This document shows, piece by piece, positions 1 to 11,690 of a stretch of 64,000 nt of DNA. The DNA is from Utricularia gibba (Eukaryota; Plantae; Magnoliophyta), in NCBI GenBank assembly GCA_002189035.1, contig NEEC01000007.1, positions 2,294,001 through 2,358,000 of the forward strand, given 5' to 3'. The notes under the pieces are model-generated. The model worked only from the letters and a program-made list of their open reading frames with translations. It was not told where the DNA came from and ran no database searches. The translations under genes were made by a program, and so were the position numbers. Positions within the stretch are counted from its first letter, which is position 1. Every line of letters starts with the position of its first letter.

Positions 1-965
1 GTCTGCATGGTTGGGTGGGTGAACAGATCGACACTAAAACAAAAAACTACGCAGAGCAGCACATGCTTGACATCGTTGCTTGTGTGTCTCCAGGCTAGAC
101 CCATTTTAAAACGAGGAGATGTAAAGCAGGTGGTTGATCCAAGGTTAGGACCCCATTACAACGTGGCTCAACTCACAAAACTCGCTTTCGCTGCCTCCCT
201 TTGCATTCGACCATCTCCGGTCTGCCGGCCGGCAATCAGCAAGGTGACTATTAGCGCTTTTTGGTTGCTGATTTCAGAAAATTACTCTGCTTTCAGGAAT
301 TTGAAGTCCCATTAGTGAGTGTGCAAGCAGTCTGAGTTGTGCCATTATTTTATCAGTAGCATTATTGTGTGTGTAATTTAGTGCAAGCATAGCCATATCA
401 GATGGGGACTAGTATTGATGCGAAGCAAGTGGAACTGGTATGAGTGGGTGAGACGACAGTGATATCACTGTGAGCAAGTTGATTATTTTATAGCGACAAT
501 ACGATACTTTTAGATAGACATTGGCATGCATGTGAACTTCCAGCTCGGATTGTTGGAAGAACTTGGTTGTAGTTGAAGAGTCCCCGCCCGTGTCTTGTTT
601 TTTTGCTTCTCGAACTGTTCCTGTCATCACCACTTGCGTGTGGATGTACGCAGTCTGATGGCATTCGCCCCACCTCATCTGAGCAAGTTGAGATTTATAG
701 GTGTCATTGTGTTAAGAAAACGAGAAATCCCAGGTGTTGGGTGAAGGATTTGATAAGGTTGGCGTGTCATGGTTCATAGGTATTGGAGATAATTGAGATG
801 GAAGAAGAGATTGTGATGGATGCGCAGAGATGGAAATCCCAAGTAGAAGGAGAAGAAGAGGAAGAAGAAGAAGAGGAAGAAGATGCATGGGTGTGGGGGC
901 TGGAGCTCGGAGATGAAGATTATGATTGGGACACGTGTTCAACCATTTCTCGTGGATCTAATTAG
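1..965 (+). CDS. Receptor-like cytoplasmic kinase (RLCK-VI/RBK-like), 3' end only
   Basis: Exons 1-14, 94-243 and 780-965 with GT-AG introns give ..LHGW/ARPILKRGDVKQVVDPRLGPHYNVAQLTKLAFAASLCIRPSPVCRPAISK/VLEII.. (kinase subdomain XI plus acidic tail). The 5' part lies outside the window. Confidence 0.85.
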
Positions 966-1768
966 TATCATGCATTTTGTAAAAAAAAAAAAAATCTGTG
1001 AAATTGAATAAGATTCTTTTTTTAGAATATATTATTTATTCAATATTTCCAACTACATTGTATTAGTGTTTTAATTTTCCAAATATTTAATTTGATGTAA
1101 CATACATAGAGTTGATTTAACTTTGATTATATTGGAAATCAGTGTTTTAAAAATGAGTTGAATCCATTTCACCTAGTGTTGCGCCAAAGAAGCAACTATA
1201 GTATATTTTTTGAGTTGAATCTAATCCAACATTGGATTAAATTCATGATTTTAAATCAATACTACAAAATACTATTCATTTATATGCTAATTTTGTATGT
1301 TTTATTTTTAGAACTCCATCTAAATGTTTTACATATTCTTAATTTGGTTATAAAGAAAATATTCTAATACATTATGTTTCATATAATAATTGTGAGACAA
1401 ATGCCTTGTTTAGTATTTTTGTTATTTAGGTTTGTATTATATTTTTTTATTTATTTTTCATTAATAATTGCATATTGCAATTATAAGGGAAAACTAGCAC
1501 TTACGGATATTGATGTACATAAATAGTAATTGTTTGACTATTATTAAAATAAATGAAAATTACTTCAGCTGATATTGTTTTTAATGGCGCCGGGAAAGAA
1601 GGGATGGCATCTGGGCGACGGCGATGTTGAATGAATCATCCGGCAAGCACGCACCACCGTCTATTGTTGCGTCTGTATTTTATTGGGTTGACTTTCACGG
1701 TATCTTAATGGCAGTTGGGTTTCATAAAACCCCCCGATCTCGGATTCTCCGCTGACTCCAGGGCAGCG

Positions 1769-3088
1769 ATGGCGATGGCGAAGCACGCGCACCCTGTTTC
1801 TGAAGCAAACGAGAGCAGCCCATTTGGTGGCTTAACCGCTGAGGAATTCTACGCCCGTCACTCGGTCACCCACTCCTCCGACTACATCACAAGCCGCACT
1901 CTGAAACTCAAGCTCTTCACTCAATGGTGGCTTCCCGAGAGCAGTCCACGCTGCTCAAAGGTATGGTCTGCGTCGTCCATGGCTACACCGGCGAGTCCAG
2001 CTGGTTCGTGCAACTAACCGCCGTTCACTTCGCGAAACATGGGTTCGCCGTCTGCGCTATCGACCTCATGGGCCACGGGTTCTCCGAGGGACTGATCTCG
2101 CATATCCCGGATATCAATACGGTGGTGGATGACACCATTCTGTTTTTCAATAGCTTCCGTGCCAAATACTCACATTTGCCGGCGTTTCTATATGGGGAGT
2201 CGCTGGGAGGGGCGATCGCGTTGCTGATAACTCTTCGCCGTGAGGGGATCGTACCAGATAGGAAGTTCGACGGCGTCGTTTTGAGCGGCGCTATGTGTGG
2301 TGTTAGTGACAAGTTTAAGCCCCCATGGCCTTTGGAGCATCTGCTTTCGGTTGCAGCCTTCTTGGCTCCAACTTGGCGCCTGGTTCCAATCCGAGGATTC
2401 TTGCCTGAGGTTCTCAAGGTTCGCGCTTTCTCGCTTCTCAATGCGTTCATCTGTGTTGATCACAAACTGTCTTCTGGTAATTTTGCCATTGCTTCTTCTC
2501 TCTTTGATGGGGGGATTCAAACTTCTGAGAAATTACTTCCAACTTTCCGGATTAGTCCTACAATTCGCTTGAGTTTCTTGCACTGAGAAGTAAATGCATG
2601 TTTTCTAAAGGGGATTCTGCTGTATGCTGTCTGTCTTCATTTTTCAACAGCATGTATGGACAAACATGTGTCTTTTTAGCCCTTTGATTTACCCTGTTTG
2701 ACCTAAAAAGAAAAATGGGATGGTGTGATCCTTGAAGATGGAGTGGAAGCGCAAGTTGGCACTCGCCAGCCCCAGGAGACGAGCTCATGGCCATGGGCCC
2801 CGAGCAGCGACAGCGCAGGAGCTGCTGAGAGTGTGCAGAGAACTGCAAGGGAAGTTTGATCAAATAGAGGTGCCTCTCCTGATCGTCCACGGCGGCGATG
2901 ATGCTCTTTGCGATCCGGCATGCGCGGAGGAGCTCTACCTCCGTGCTGCCAGCGCCGACAAGACCCTCAAAATCTTCCCTGGGCTATGGCACCTCCTTGT
3001 CGGAGAATCGGACGAGGACGTGGACCTCGTCTTTGGGCTGGTTGTCCAATGGCTTCTAACCAGAGCCGACGACGTGGGGATTTTCTAA
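1769..3088 (+). CDS. Alpha/beta hydrolase, monoacylglycerol lipase / caffeoylshikimate esterase-like; 1-nt frameshift near 1949 as assembled
   Basis: Motifs LFTQWW, VHGYTGESSW, GESLGG (nucleophile elbow), VHGGDD and LWH. Intron 2419-2737. The frame changes between WLPESSP (ORF 1715) and LLKGMVCVVHGY (ORF 1924). Confidence 0.88.
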
Positions 3089-3198
3089 TATGCGTATTAA
3101 AAAACTTATCTTTTTTAAAAAAATATAATAAATTTTAAAATAATTATTTAGTATAAAAATTGGGCTAGTTTAGGATATTTAAAAATTGTAAGATCATA

Positions 3199-3248
3199 TT
3201 TACCCGTTTTCGGAAATACTGATGTGGCATTTCCGAAAACAGGGTAAA
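3199..3248. repeat. Inverted repeat/hairpin (~19-bp stem, 11-nt loop)
   Basis: tttacccgttttcggaaat-actgatgtggc-atttccgaaaacagggtaaa; the arms are complementary with one bulged base. Confidence 0.85.
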
Positions 3249-3289
3249 CATTTCTGAAAATCAGTAGTTAATATTCTTCATTTTTCCTG

Positions 3290-3570
3290 AAACTAAAAAG
3301 TGGAAAGACATTTTACTTTTAAAAACAGAATAAAGTATCTTTCGATTCAAAAAGATAGAAACATACTCCAAAGTTTGACAGAAAAGATGCAAAATATGAC
3401 ACGTAAAAAATCGTCGCGATTCAAAGAAGACGGCATATGAAGAACATAGATGACATGGATGTATGTATCATATTACATAATATGATTGTAAAAGATAAAT
3501 GTCATGTTATTTATGAAGATAACATTATGGATGAATATGAAATATATACAACTATTGAACCACTGAATAT
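3290..3570 (+). mobile_element. Degenerate PIF/Harbinger-like transposase remnant
   Basis: Across a frameshift the translation reads DDMDVCII/LHNMIVKDK (3473-3499), resembling the plant Harbinger DDE C-terminal motif IMxACxILHNMIVEDE. Multiple stops; no TIR or TSD identified. Confidence 0.4.
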
Positions 3571-4201
3571 GTTGGAATCAATATGCAAAATCATTTTGAT
3601 CAAATAGACCATTCACGTAATAACGTCATCCATCGACGACTTAAAAATGATTTGATAAGACATATTTGGATAAATTTTAATTGATTTTTAGATTTTTTAA
3701 TAATTTCATTTTATGATTTTGTAATTTTATTTATCAATTTCAATGTTTAAAATTGAAATATATTTTAAAATCTTTATTTTAATATAATGATTTTTGGAAA
3801 TAAATACAAACATAAAGTAAATTTAATAACGTAAATTAAATAATTCAATTTATGCCATGTCAGCATTTTAGTAAATTGATAAAGATGCTTTAACGACGAG
3901 ACTTTCAATTGGGCCTGTTGTTCATCTTGGGATTCTGTTAAAGGGCGTGGCCCATTCGTATCTTGTATATAATGATTTTCAACCCGTAACGGAACTCATT
4001 TCTTGAACTCAGTTACCCAACCCTCTCGCTTCCACTTTTGTTCTTCAGTTGTTTCTTGGAGAGTTTTAGTGAGGAGTGTGTTCCGATGCTATTGTTCCTC
4101 AGAGGAGAGTTCACCTTCCACCGTGAAGTCGTGTGGGATATGATTTTCTGTTGTGTTCGCTGTGCAGTTTTGGGGATGATGTTCATCTGCTAGCGGAGGA
4201 T

Positions 4202-5542
4202 ATGATTGCAATGCGGTTGATTTCAAGTTGTCGGCATGATTTGTTGAAACGCGATTTCAATTGTGGGCTTTACTTTCAACGGCGATGGATGACGTCCAGC
4301 AAGAGAGTCCAGGACCGTAGCAGAAAGAAAAGGATTCATGACCTCGAAATCGCGACTGAGAAGCACAAGGTAGTCTCCAAAATACTCTATTTGTTTGAAC
4401 TTATCAAACGGGAACCGGAAAACGTAATGACCATTAGAGATCTTAATCAGAATCGAAACCAAATCAATCTTCCTAAGCCACATAAGGTATCAGATTTCAT
4501 CCGGAAATCACCCAAGCTCTTTGAGCTCTACAAGGATCAAAGGGGTGTTGTGTGGTGTGGGATGACTGATGTCGCTGAGGAATTGGTGAGGGAGGAGGAA
4601 CAGATCATTGAGAGAAATAGTGATAAGTCTGCAGAATATGTTACTAGAATGCTGATGATGTCCGTAGATAGGAGACTTCGACTTGATAAGATTGCACATT
4701 TTAGAAGGGACTTGGGATTGCCAATGGATTTTAGGAAGTGCTGGGTAAATAGTTATCCTGATTTATTCAAGGTCATTCAGCCATTGAAGCCTCGTGATGA
4801 TGCAGAGTACCTGGAGCTTGTTTCCTGGAAGCCTCATTGGGCGATCACTGAACTTGAGGAAATGAAACTAGGCATTCATGAATTGAAGGATAACAATGGT
4901 TATGTCCCTGGAAGTCTTTCTTTGGAGTTTCCTCTAAAGTTCCCTGCTACATACAAGAAGATTTACAGATACGGAGGCAAAATTGAGCATTTTCAGAAGA
5001 CTGAGTACTTATCACCTTATGCTGATGCTAGTAGCTTGAAGGCCGGTTCTGTCGAGTTTGATAAGAGGGCAGTTGCGGTGATGCATGAATTACTTAGCTT
5101 CACCATTGAGAAGCGCCTAGTTACTGACTATTTAACTCATTTCAGGAGGGAATTTAACATGCCACAGAAGCTGATGAGGCTTCTACTGAAGCACTTTGGG
5201 ATTTTTTATGTTTCTGAGAGAGGAAAGAGGTTTAGTGTTTTCTTGAATCACGCCTATAATGGATCAAATTTAATTGAGAAGTATCAGCATCCTTTGGTAG
5301 TTTGGAGAGAGAAGGTCCTGAGTCTCGCTGGTCATCGGGGCAAGAAGAAGCCAATTGCAACCTTTGAAGATATATCAGAATTGGAGGATAAGTTTTCTCT
5401 GGACAGTGATACCGAAGATGAGCACATAAATCTTGAAGACCAGCATAGTGATATCTTAGATGGTTTTGAAAACACGCTCATTTCAGATGGACCTGAATTG
5501 GAGCTAGAGCCTGTCCACGTGGACTATCGCAAGCCCACTTAA
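4202..5542 (+). CDS. PORR (plant organelle RNA recognition) domain protein, intronless
   Basis: ORF of ~446 aa from ATG 4202, with a transit-peptide-like N-terminus and the PORR motifs RMLMMSVDRRLRLDKIAHFRRDLGLPMDF, YLSPY, KRAVAVMHELLSFTIEKR and HFGIFYVS. Confidence 0.9.
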   Translation: MIAMRLISSCRHDLLKRDFNCGLYFQRRWMTSSKRVQDRSRKKRIHDLEIATEKHKVVSKILYLFELIKREPENVMTIRDLNQNRNQINLPKPHKVSDFIRKSPKLFELYKDQRGVVWCGMTDVAEELVREEEQIIERNSDKSAEYVTRMLMMSVDRRLRLDKIAHFRRDLGLPMDFRKCWVNSYPDLFKVIQPLKPRDDAEYLELVSWKPHWAITELEEMKLGIHELKDNNGYVPGSLSLEFPLKFPATYKKIYRYGGKIEHFQKTEYLSPYADASSLKAGSVEFDKRAVAVMHELLSFTIEKRLVTDYLTHFRREFNMPQKLMRLLLKHFGIFYVSERGKRFSVFLNHAYNGSNLIEKYQHPLVVWREKVLSLAGHRGKKKPIATFEDISELEDKFSLDSDTEDEHINLEDQHSDILDGFENTLISDGPELELEPVHVDYRKPT

Positions 5543-6849
5543 GGTCTTCTTCTTTTCATACCCCCAGGTTAACCTGTGTTCTTCCTAGCGTTATTCATCT
5601 GAGTTGCTAGTGCAATTTTTTGATGTTTTTCACATTACAGTTGCAGCCTGATTTATCAGTAGGAAGTTCTTAACAAGACAAACACTCGCTCGCACAGTAT
5701 TCTTTGATGGAATTACAGAGGTAGATGGAGGACTTTTATTTTTATTGTCCAACGACAAAATATCATACACTGCATTTCCTTCCATGCCAACTGTCTGTAA
5801 ATGAATTCGCAGAGAATACTCATGATATTGAAGTAGCAGAGTAGGAGCAGGAATGAAGGCATCATTATTCCATTATCATGATGTTTGTATTTTTAGGTAC
5901 GTTCTGTCTGAGTCTCCTATATAGGTTCGATCGATGATCCTTATTGTTAATTTCAGGTTCGGGATCTGCACGGGGGTGTGCATCCATCAAAAGAAGCTGA
6001 TGGTTAGCCTAGAAAAAAGAATCAATGCCATGGGATTCACTCCGAGAAAACTTCAACTGATATGTGAACTATCTGAGAGAAGGAACGAGATCCTCATATT
6101 CGTGCTTGAAACCCCTTCAAGAACGATGCATCAAGTCTAATGATCCTGCAACAAATGAAGCTGGAAAAACCAGCTGAAGAGGAATCTTACGTAGAAGTAG
6201 TACTCATACGAGGCACTGCACAATGCTTAAGAGAACAAGGATCTGAAGATCCCAGAGGTGCCTCCTTGTATCAATCCGAGTGATGCTGAATCCATTCAAC
6301 CTGCTGAGCTAGCATTGCTGGAACCACTTTGTTAAAAGTAGTACGTCCTTCAACCTTGCCTAGATATGAATGCTTGAATGCTTCGTTCAAATGTAGTTCA
6401 ACTTTTCATTCGTGCGGTTTTGGACCCGGTCATCTTCCTATTTAACTCAGAATTGCTTCTAAAAAAGCATGATACCTGTTGATTTCATGAATCAAATTGT
6501 CGTAGTGAGTGTTAACAGGATGAACGATCACATGCACAGAGTTTGGATTCCTCCTCTCTATGTGTTGCTTGTTTTCTTTGCCAAAATCGATTCCACATGT
6601 GTCAAGTGTATGATCATCAATTGATCATGGATGAAAATGCAAGTAGAAGTAGAGGAGCCCCTCTATTAAAGTAAAGAAATGCAGCATGTTAATCACAAAG
6701 CAAGGCATTTGATGCCATGTTTTTTGCTTTGGAGCCAAAAAAGGAGAACTAATAATTAGAGAGACGGGCAGAATTTGTTGTCCACTATCCAGAACACCGA
6801 TTATTGACTGAGGTCTTCTCACTGAAGCAAGCACTTGCTGCATGCACAA

Positions 6850-9800
6850 TCACACGGTGTAATGCTGCTGCATCGTCTCGATATCAAGACCCTTGAGCTT
6901 CACCACTGATTCAACATGGCCTTTGAGTGTGTGGAGCTCACGAAGCCTGAATAGATGAAGGAGAATCAGTTAGCTTAACTACTCCCGCATTCTGTTGGAA
7001 TTATGCTGCTGTACCTAGCCTGTTCAGCTCTCCTCCTGGCTTGTTCAGCAATCTCAGAGAGTTCTCTGTAGCTGCTCCGTTCATTGAAGAGAGTACTTGA
7101 TTCTGGTGCTTGGAGGCCATGCAGAGTCCTCTGTGCAACAGCCCATTGTGCCTCTCTTTCCCCTCTTCCATAGTCACTTGTTGAAGTGAAGGCAATCTAC
7201 CATTGCAAAATGCAGTGTTAACCATGAGATTTTGCAAAGAGTTAGTCATGTCAGATGCTAGAAAACAACTCATACTTTGCTTTCAAACAAGTGCCTCCAA
7301 GCAGTTCCACTTAGGATGTAGCGGATGGCAAACTTCATGAAGTCGAGAGGGATGTAGGAGACGATGCTGTACAGCCATATTACCGCAGCCCATCCCCAAC
7401 CACATCCTTGGATTCTTGCAAATCGCATGCTTGCATACACAGCTATTAACGTTGCAACCTAAAAATGTTAGTCAAGTCTTTTGCATTAGCAATCTTGAGC
7501 CTAGTGTCAATCTAATGAATATCCAGAGGTGTAGAAGGGATACCAGTTGTGCTATCAGAAAAGCAGTCACCAGAAGAAGGCCAGGGCGTTCCATGAAGGA
7601 CCAGCTGCGCGATCTTGTCACAAAGATAAGAGCTTGGCTAACTATGCTGACTTGCAAATAAAGAGTAGCCATCATTTCACCTTCGTTATTCCTTATGCTT
7701 CTAACTCCAAATGTGCGCTGCAAATTACAGTTAACATGAGGATTACTTTATAAAAAAAACAGCAATTTGTAAGAGGTGTGTACTTGATCAAGTAAAACTT
7801 ACAGAGAAGAAGTCTGTGTCGTGCATCACCCAAAAGAATATAACAGTCATGATGGCCAAATAACCACCAAGAACTATCCCTGTAGCAAAAATTTCCTTCA
7901 GTTTCCAGCTATCTGGTGTTGGAGATGGTTTCACTCTATCCTTCGAAATAGTCATAATTGTACCTATTGGGCACATCGTAGTTAGCAATCTATAGTTCCT
8001 TGTAACAACTGAAAGACACAATAGGAGAAAGAGATATTACCATCATTCAGAATGGCTATGATCAAAACCATAAATGGTGAGAAGTCAAATTTCCAAATCA
8101 AAGCAATCAGCATGAACCCAAACTGAAAAAGAACAAAAGGCAATAAACAAGTACTCGAAAACATATGGGGAAAAGCATTTTATTGAAGATAAAAAAAAAA
8201 AAAAAAAAAACTTACGACAATACGGATTGTGATGGAGACTGCATATATCTGTTGAACAAACACATAATGAATGTCATTATCAACGCTGAACAAAAATACC
8301 CAAAAAAAGATAAGGAAAAAGAGCCAACTGTGTAGTTCTTCATTCTCTGGAAAATAGCCCTACTGGTTAAAACAGCACTAATGATGACACTGAGCCCTGG
8401 TTCAGTGAGCACAATGTCAGAGGCAGCTCTAGCAGCATCAGTAGCATCAGCAACAGCAATTCCTATGTCTGCTTTCTTTAAAGCAGGGGCATCATTTACA
8501 CCATCTCCAGTCATTCCAACGATGTGCTTCCTTTCTTGCAACTTCTTAACTATTTCATACTTGTGCTCTAAAACAGAAAGAATGAAATCAAATTTCCTCA
8601 TACAAGTGGAAGAAACAGGGGATTACACTGGATTTCGAGAGGAAAAAAAGGCACCATAATTTTAGAAAGGTAACCTGGAAATACTCCAGCAAACCCATCA
8701 GCCTTCTCAATCAGTTCCTCAACCGGAACGCCTACTGTAGCCTCATCACTGTGTTGACCAAGCAAAGTAGCAGATGGATACATATTCACGCCCATGCCAA
8801 GTCTCCGACCAGTTTCCTTAGCAATTGCAAGTTGATCACCTGATAGATAGTTGGGAAGTAAGGACAATGTAGCAGTATGAGTCCATTCAGAATGTAACTA
8901 ATTTAAGGACAAAAGGAGTGCTCAAAACAAACTGATGATGTAGTTACCAGTGATCATTTTGACATTCACACCAAGGTTTAAAGCCCTTCGTATGGTTTCT
9001 GCACTGTCATGCCTAGGAGGGTCAAAGAGAGATAAGACTCCAACAAACTGCCAGGGTCCACCAGGGCTATCCTTAGATTTACTCGGAACTTCCTAAAAAA
9101 TGCATTGATAAATAGTGAATCAGTCTTGGTGCGAACAATAAAAAGAAATGTGGTAGGCCATAGAAAACATCATAAAATAGGTAAGTTAGAATCATTCTAT
9201 AGATATTAAACCTGTCTTGCAACAGCCAATGAACGGAGACCTTTCTCAGCAAATTTGCTAATAACAGCATGAACTCTTTTCTTCAGATCATCACTGCAGT
9301 TGCATAGTGCAAGTATCTAAATAACAGAAAAAAAGTAGCAATCAGTTCAATTGAAGCTATTACGGCGTTCATGTAAGAAACAGGCAAATGAAACCATACC
9401 TGCTCAGGAGCTCCCTTGCTAGCTCTATGCCAATTGCCATCAGAGTCTATGTATGTCAAAGCAGTTCGTTTATCAACGGGATTAAATGGTAAGAAATGGA
9501 CCTCCGTGATACCAGCGCGTGCCTAGCAACCAGTAACAAATCAACTCAACAATGAAGATCTAAAAAGCGATTTGTATGAGCTAGGCACTAGAAGAGAAGC
9601 AGGCAAAAGTTCCTACCTCCCGTGGATCAGCAAGTGTACCAACAATAGCAGCATCAATAGCATCTTGGTTTTCAGTTCTAGATGCTCTTGCTGCGAGAAG
9701 CAATACATGAAGAGGATCCACACCTTTGGCAAATACCTCAATCACAGCCTTGTCAACAGTTAGTTTGTTTAGCGTTAAGGTCCCTGTTTTGTCACTGCAT

Positions 9801-11690
9801 AAGACATCCATTCCCGCCATTTCCTCAATCGCAGTCATTCTCTTGGTAATAGCACCCTGCTGTGACAATCTGTGGGAACCAATAGCCATTGTGACAGACA
9901 ACACCGTAGGCATGGCTATGGGAATGCCTCCAATCAAGAGAACCAATATATTATCTATTCCACTTCTGTACTCTCGACGTTGTATTGGGTACATCACAAT
10001 TACCTCAATCACTATACCAACAGCAATAGAGCAAATACAGAAATTCCCAATTTGTGTGAGCACTTTCTGGAAATGCCCAACCTGGTTGGTGTTTTCAACT
10101 AGATGAGCAGCCTTCCCGAGGAATGTATGAACCCCAGTGGCAATGACTATCGCTTCAATCTCACCTTGCTTGCAAGTCGAACCAGAAAAAACTTCCTCGT
10201 GCGGATTCTTGGTCACGGGCAGAGATTCACCAGTGAGAGCTGATTGATCAACCTTCAACGGATCACCTTCAAGAAGGCGAGCATCAGCGGGAATAATGTC
10301 ACCAAGTTTAATGCTGATTATGTCTCCGGGAACAAGGATTGCAGCTTCCTGCTCACGCCACTGCCCATCCCTGAGCACCTGCAAGTGAAGTTCAATCACA
10401 GTTGAAGACAAGTGACAGGTGCACAAGCCATACAACATACGATACCTTTGTTTTCGGAGCCAGACCAGCCATAAGTGCAGCAGCAGCATTTCCAGCGTTG
10501 TTCTCTTCAACGAAACTAATGGTTGAGTTGATGAGGAGCAAGCAAATAATACCAACGAAGTCTTGCCAATCCGGGGGCTTCCCACCTCCATTAGACATAA
10601 CAATGGCCACTATCGCAGCAGCTTCCATGACCCACGAAAGTGGGTTCCACATAAAACCAAGAAACTTGAGTATTTTGCTTTCCTGTTCACCACAGCCCAA
10701 ATAAACAAACAAATTTAACACTCAGAAATGTAAAAGGATGCCTCTTGTCTTGTTCCTTCACCTTCTTCTCTTCCAACTTGTTGGGTCCAAACACCTGCAA
10801 CCTCGTGGCTCCTTCCTCGGAGCTCAACCCTTCCCGGCTGCATCTCAACTTTTCAAACACTTCCTCTATCGGCACAGTTTCCTGTCAATTTGTCGACCTC
10901 GAAATCAGTTTCCGAAAAACAGAAAACCCAGTCTCATCGTCACCCCAACGCTCTGAAAATTCCGTACTTTCTACATTTACAAATCTATGCATTTTAATTT
11001 TCCCTCTCAATACATAAAAAATTATTTAATATTAAAAAAGTAATTTTTTAAATACATATAAAATATATTTATTATATTACTCGAATTACTTTTTCACATA
11101 CTTTATCAAGGATACTCACATCTGTAATACACCCCCTTCCCTCGACTTCAGTTACTATTTATTTATTGACATTTTCCGTAATATTGTTCTCCTAAAAATA
11201 TTCAACTGAAATAAGCAAACTCACCTAAAAAAAATATCTCCCATAAATCACGCCCTGGGCCCCACACCACATTCTACACAAACGTATTTAAAAGCTATAA
11301 AAAAAATCAATTTTAATACTCGAATTTATACGAAGATCATGAAGCTGCACAAATTTTGAGAAATTGAAGAAGATGAAAAGCGTAGGGGATTTGAATTAGG
11401 AAAACCAACGTAGACGAGAATGGGAAAAAAATGGAGCGATTGCGCGTAATGAATGCAGTTAATCTTGTTTCCCTTATCGAAAGATGGTAAGCGGAAGAAG
11501 AAGCAGAAGAGGAGGAGCATCGCCCGCCGCCATGGGAGATGGTTGGCTGTATGGTGTACCGGAATGAATCCCAAACCCCGACGGCGGAGAGGCGAAGGCG
11601 CAGGCAGACTGACAAGGGAGAATACGAAGAAGAAGAAGAAGAAGAAGAAGCACTCACCAGATCGACGGTCTCGTTGCGGATCTCCTCCAT
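6850..11690 (-). CDS. AHA: Plasma-membrane P3A-type H+-ATPase (AHA/PMA), 16 exons, ~946 aa
   Basis: Exons 11690-11658, 10881-10762, 10682-10446, 10378-9617, 9522-9400, 9316-9212, 9092-8948, 8839-8675, 8567-8329, 8248-8216, 8122-8041, 7963-7803, 7717-7544, 7458-7276, 7196-7015 and 6946-6850 total 2841 nt in frame. Motifs [13 protein letters not shown] and [13 protein letters not shown]; C-terminal HYTV is the 14-3-3 site. Confidence 0.97.
11627..11650. repeat. (GAA)8 microsatellite in H+-ATPase intron 1
   Basis: Direct reading of the sequence. Confidence 0.9.

Noticed and set aside
8190-8210. Long poly-A/T and poly-C runs (also ~15420, ~30566, ~52238, ~63265)
   Set aside because: Intronic or intergenic homopolymers with no target-site duplications or retro-element context; run lengths are unreliable.
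11231-11239. Evening element AAAATATCT in H+-ATPase intron 1
   Set aside because: A single AT-rich 9-mer in AT-rich DNA is expected by chance.
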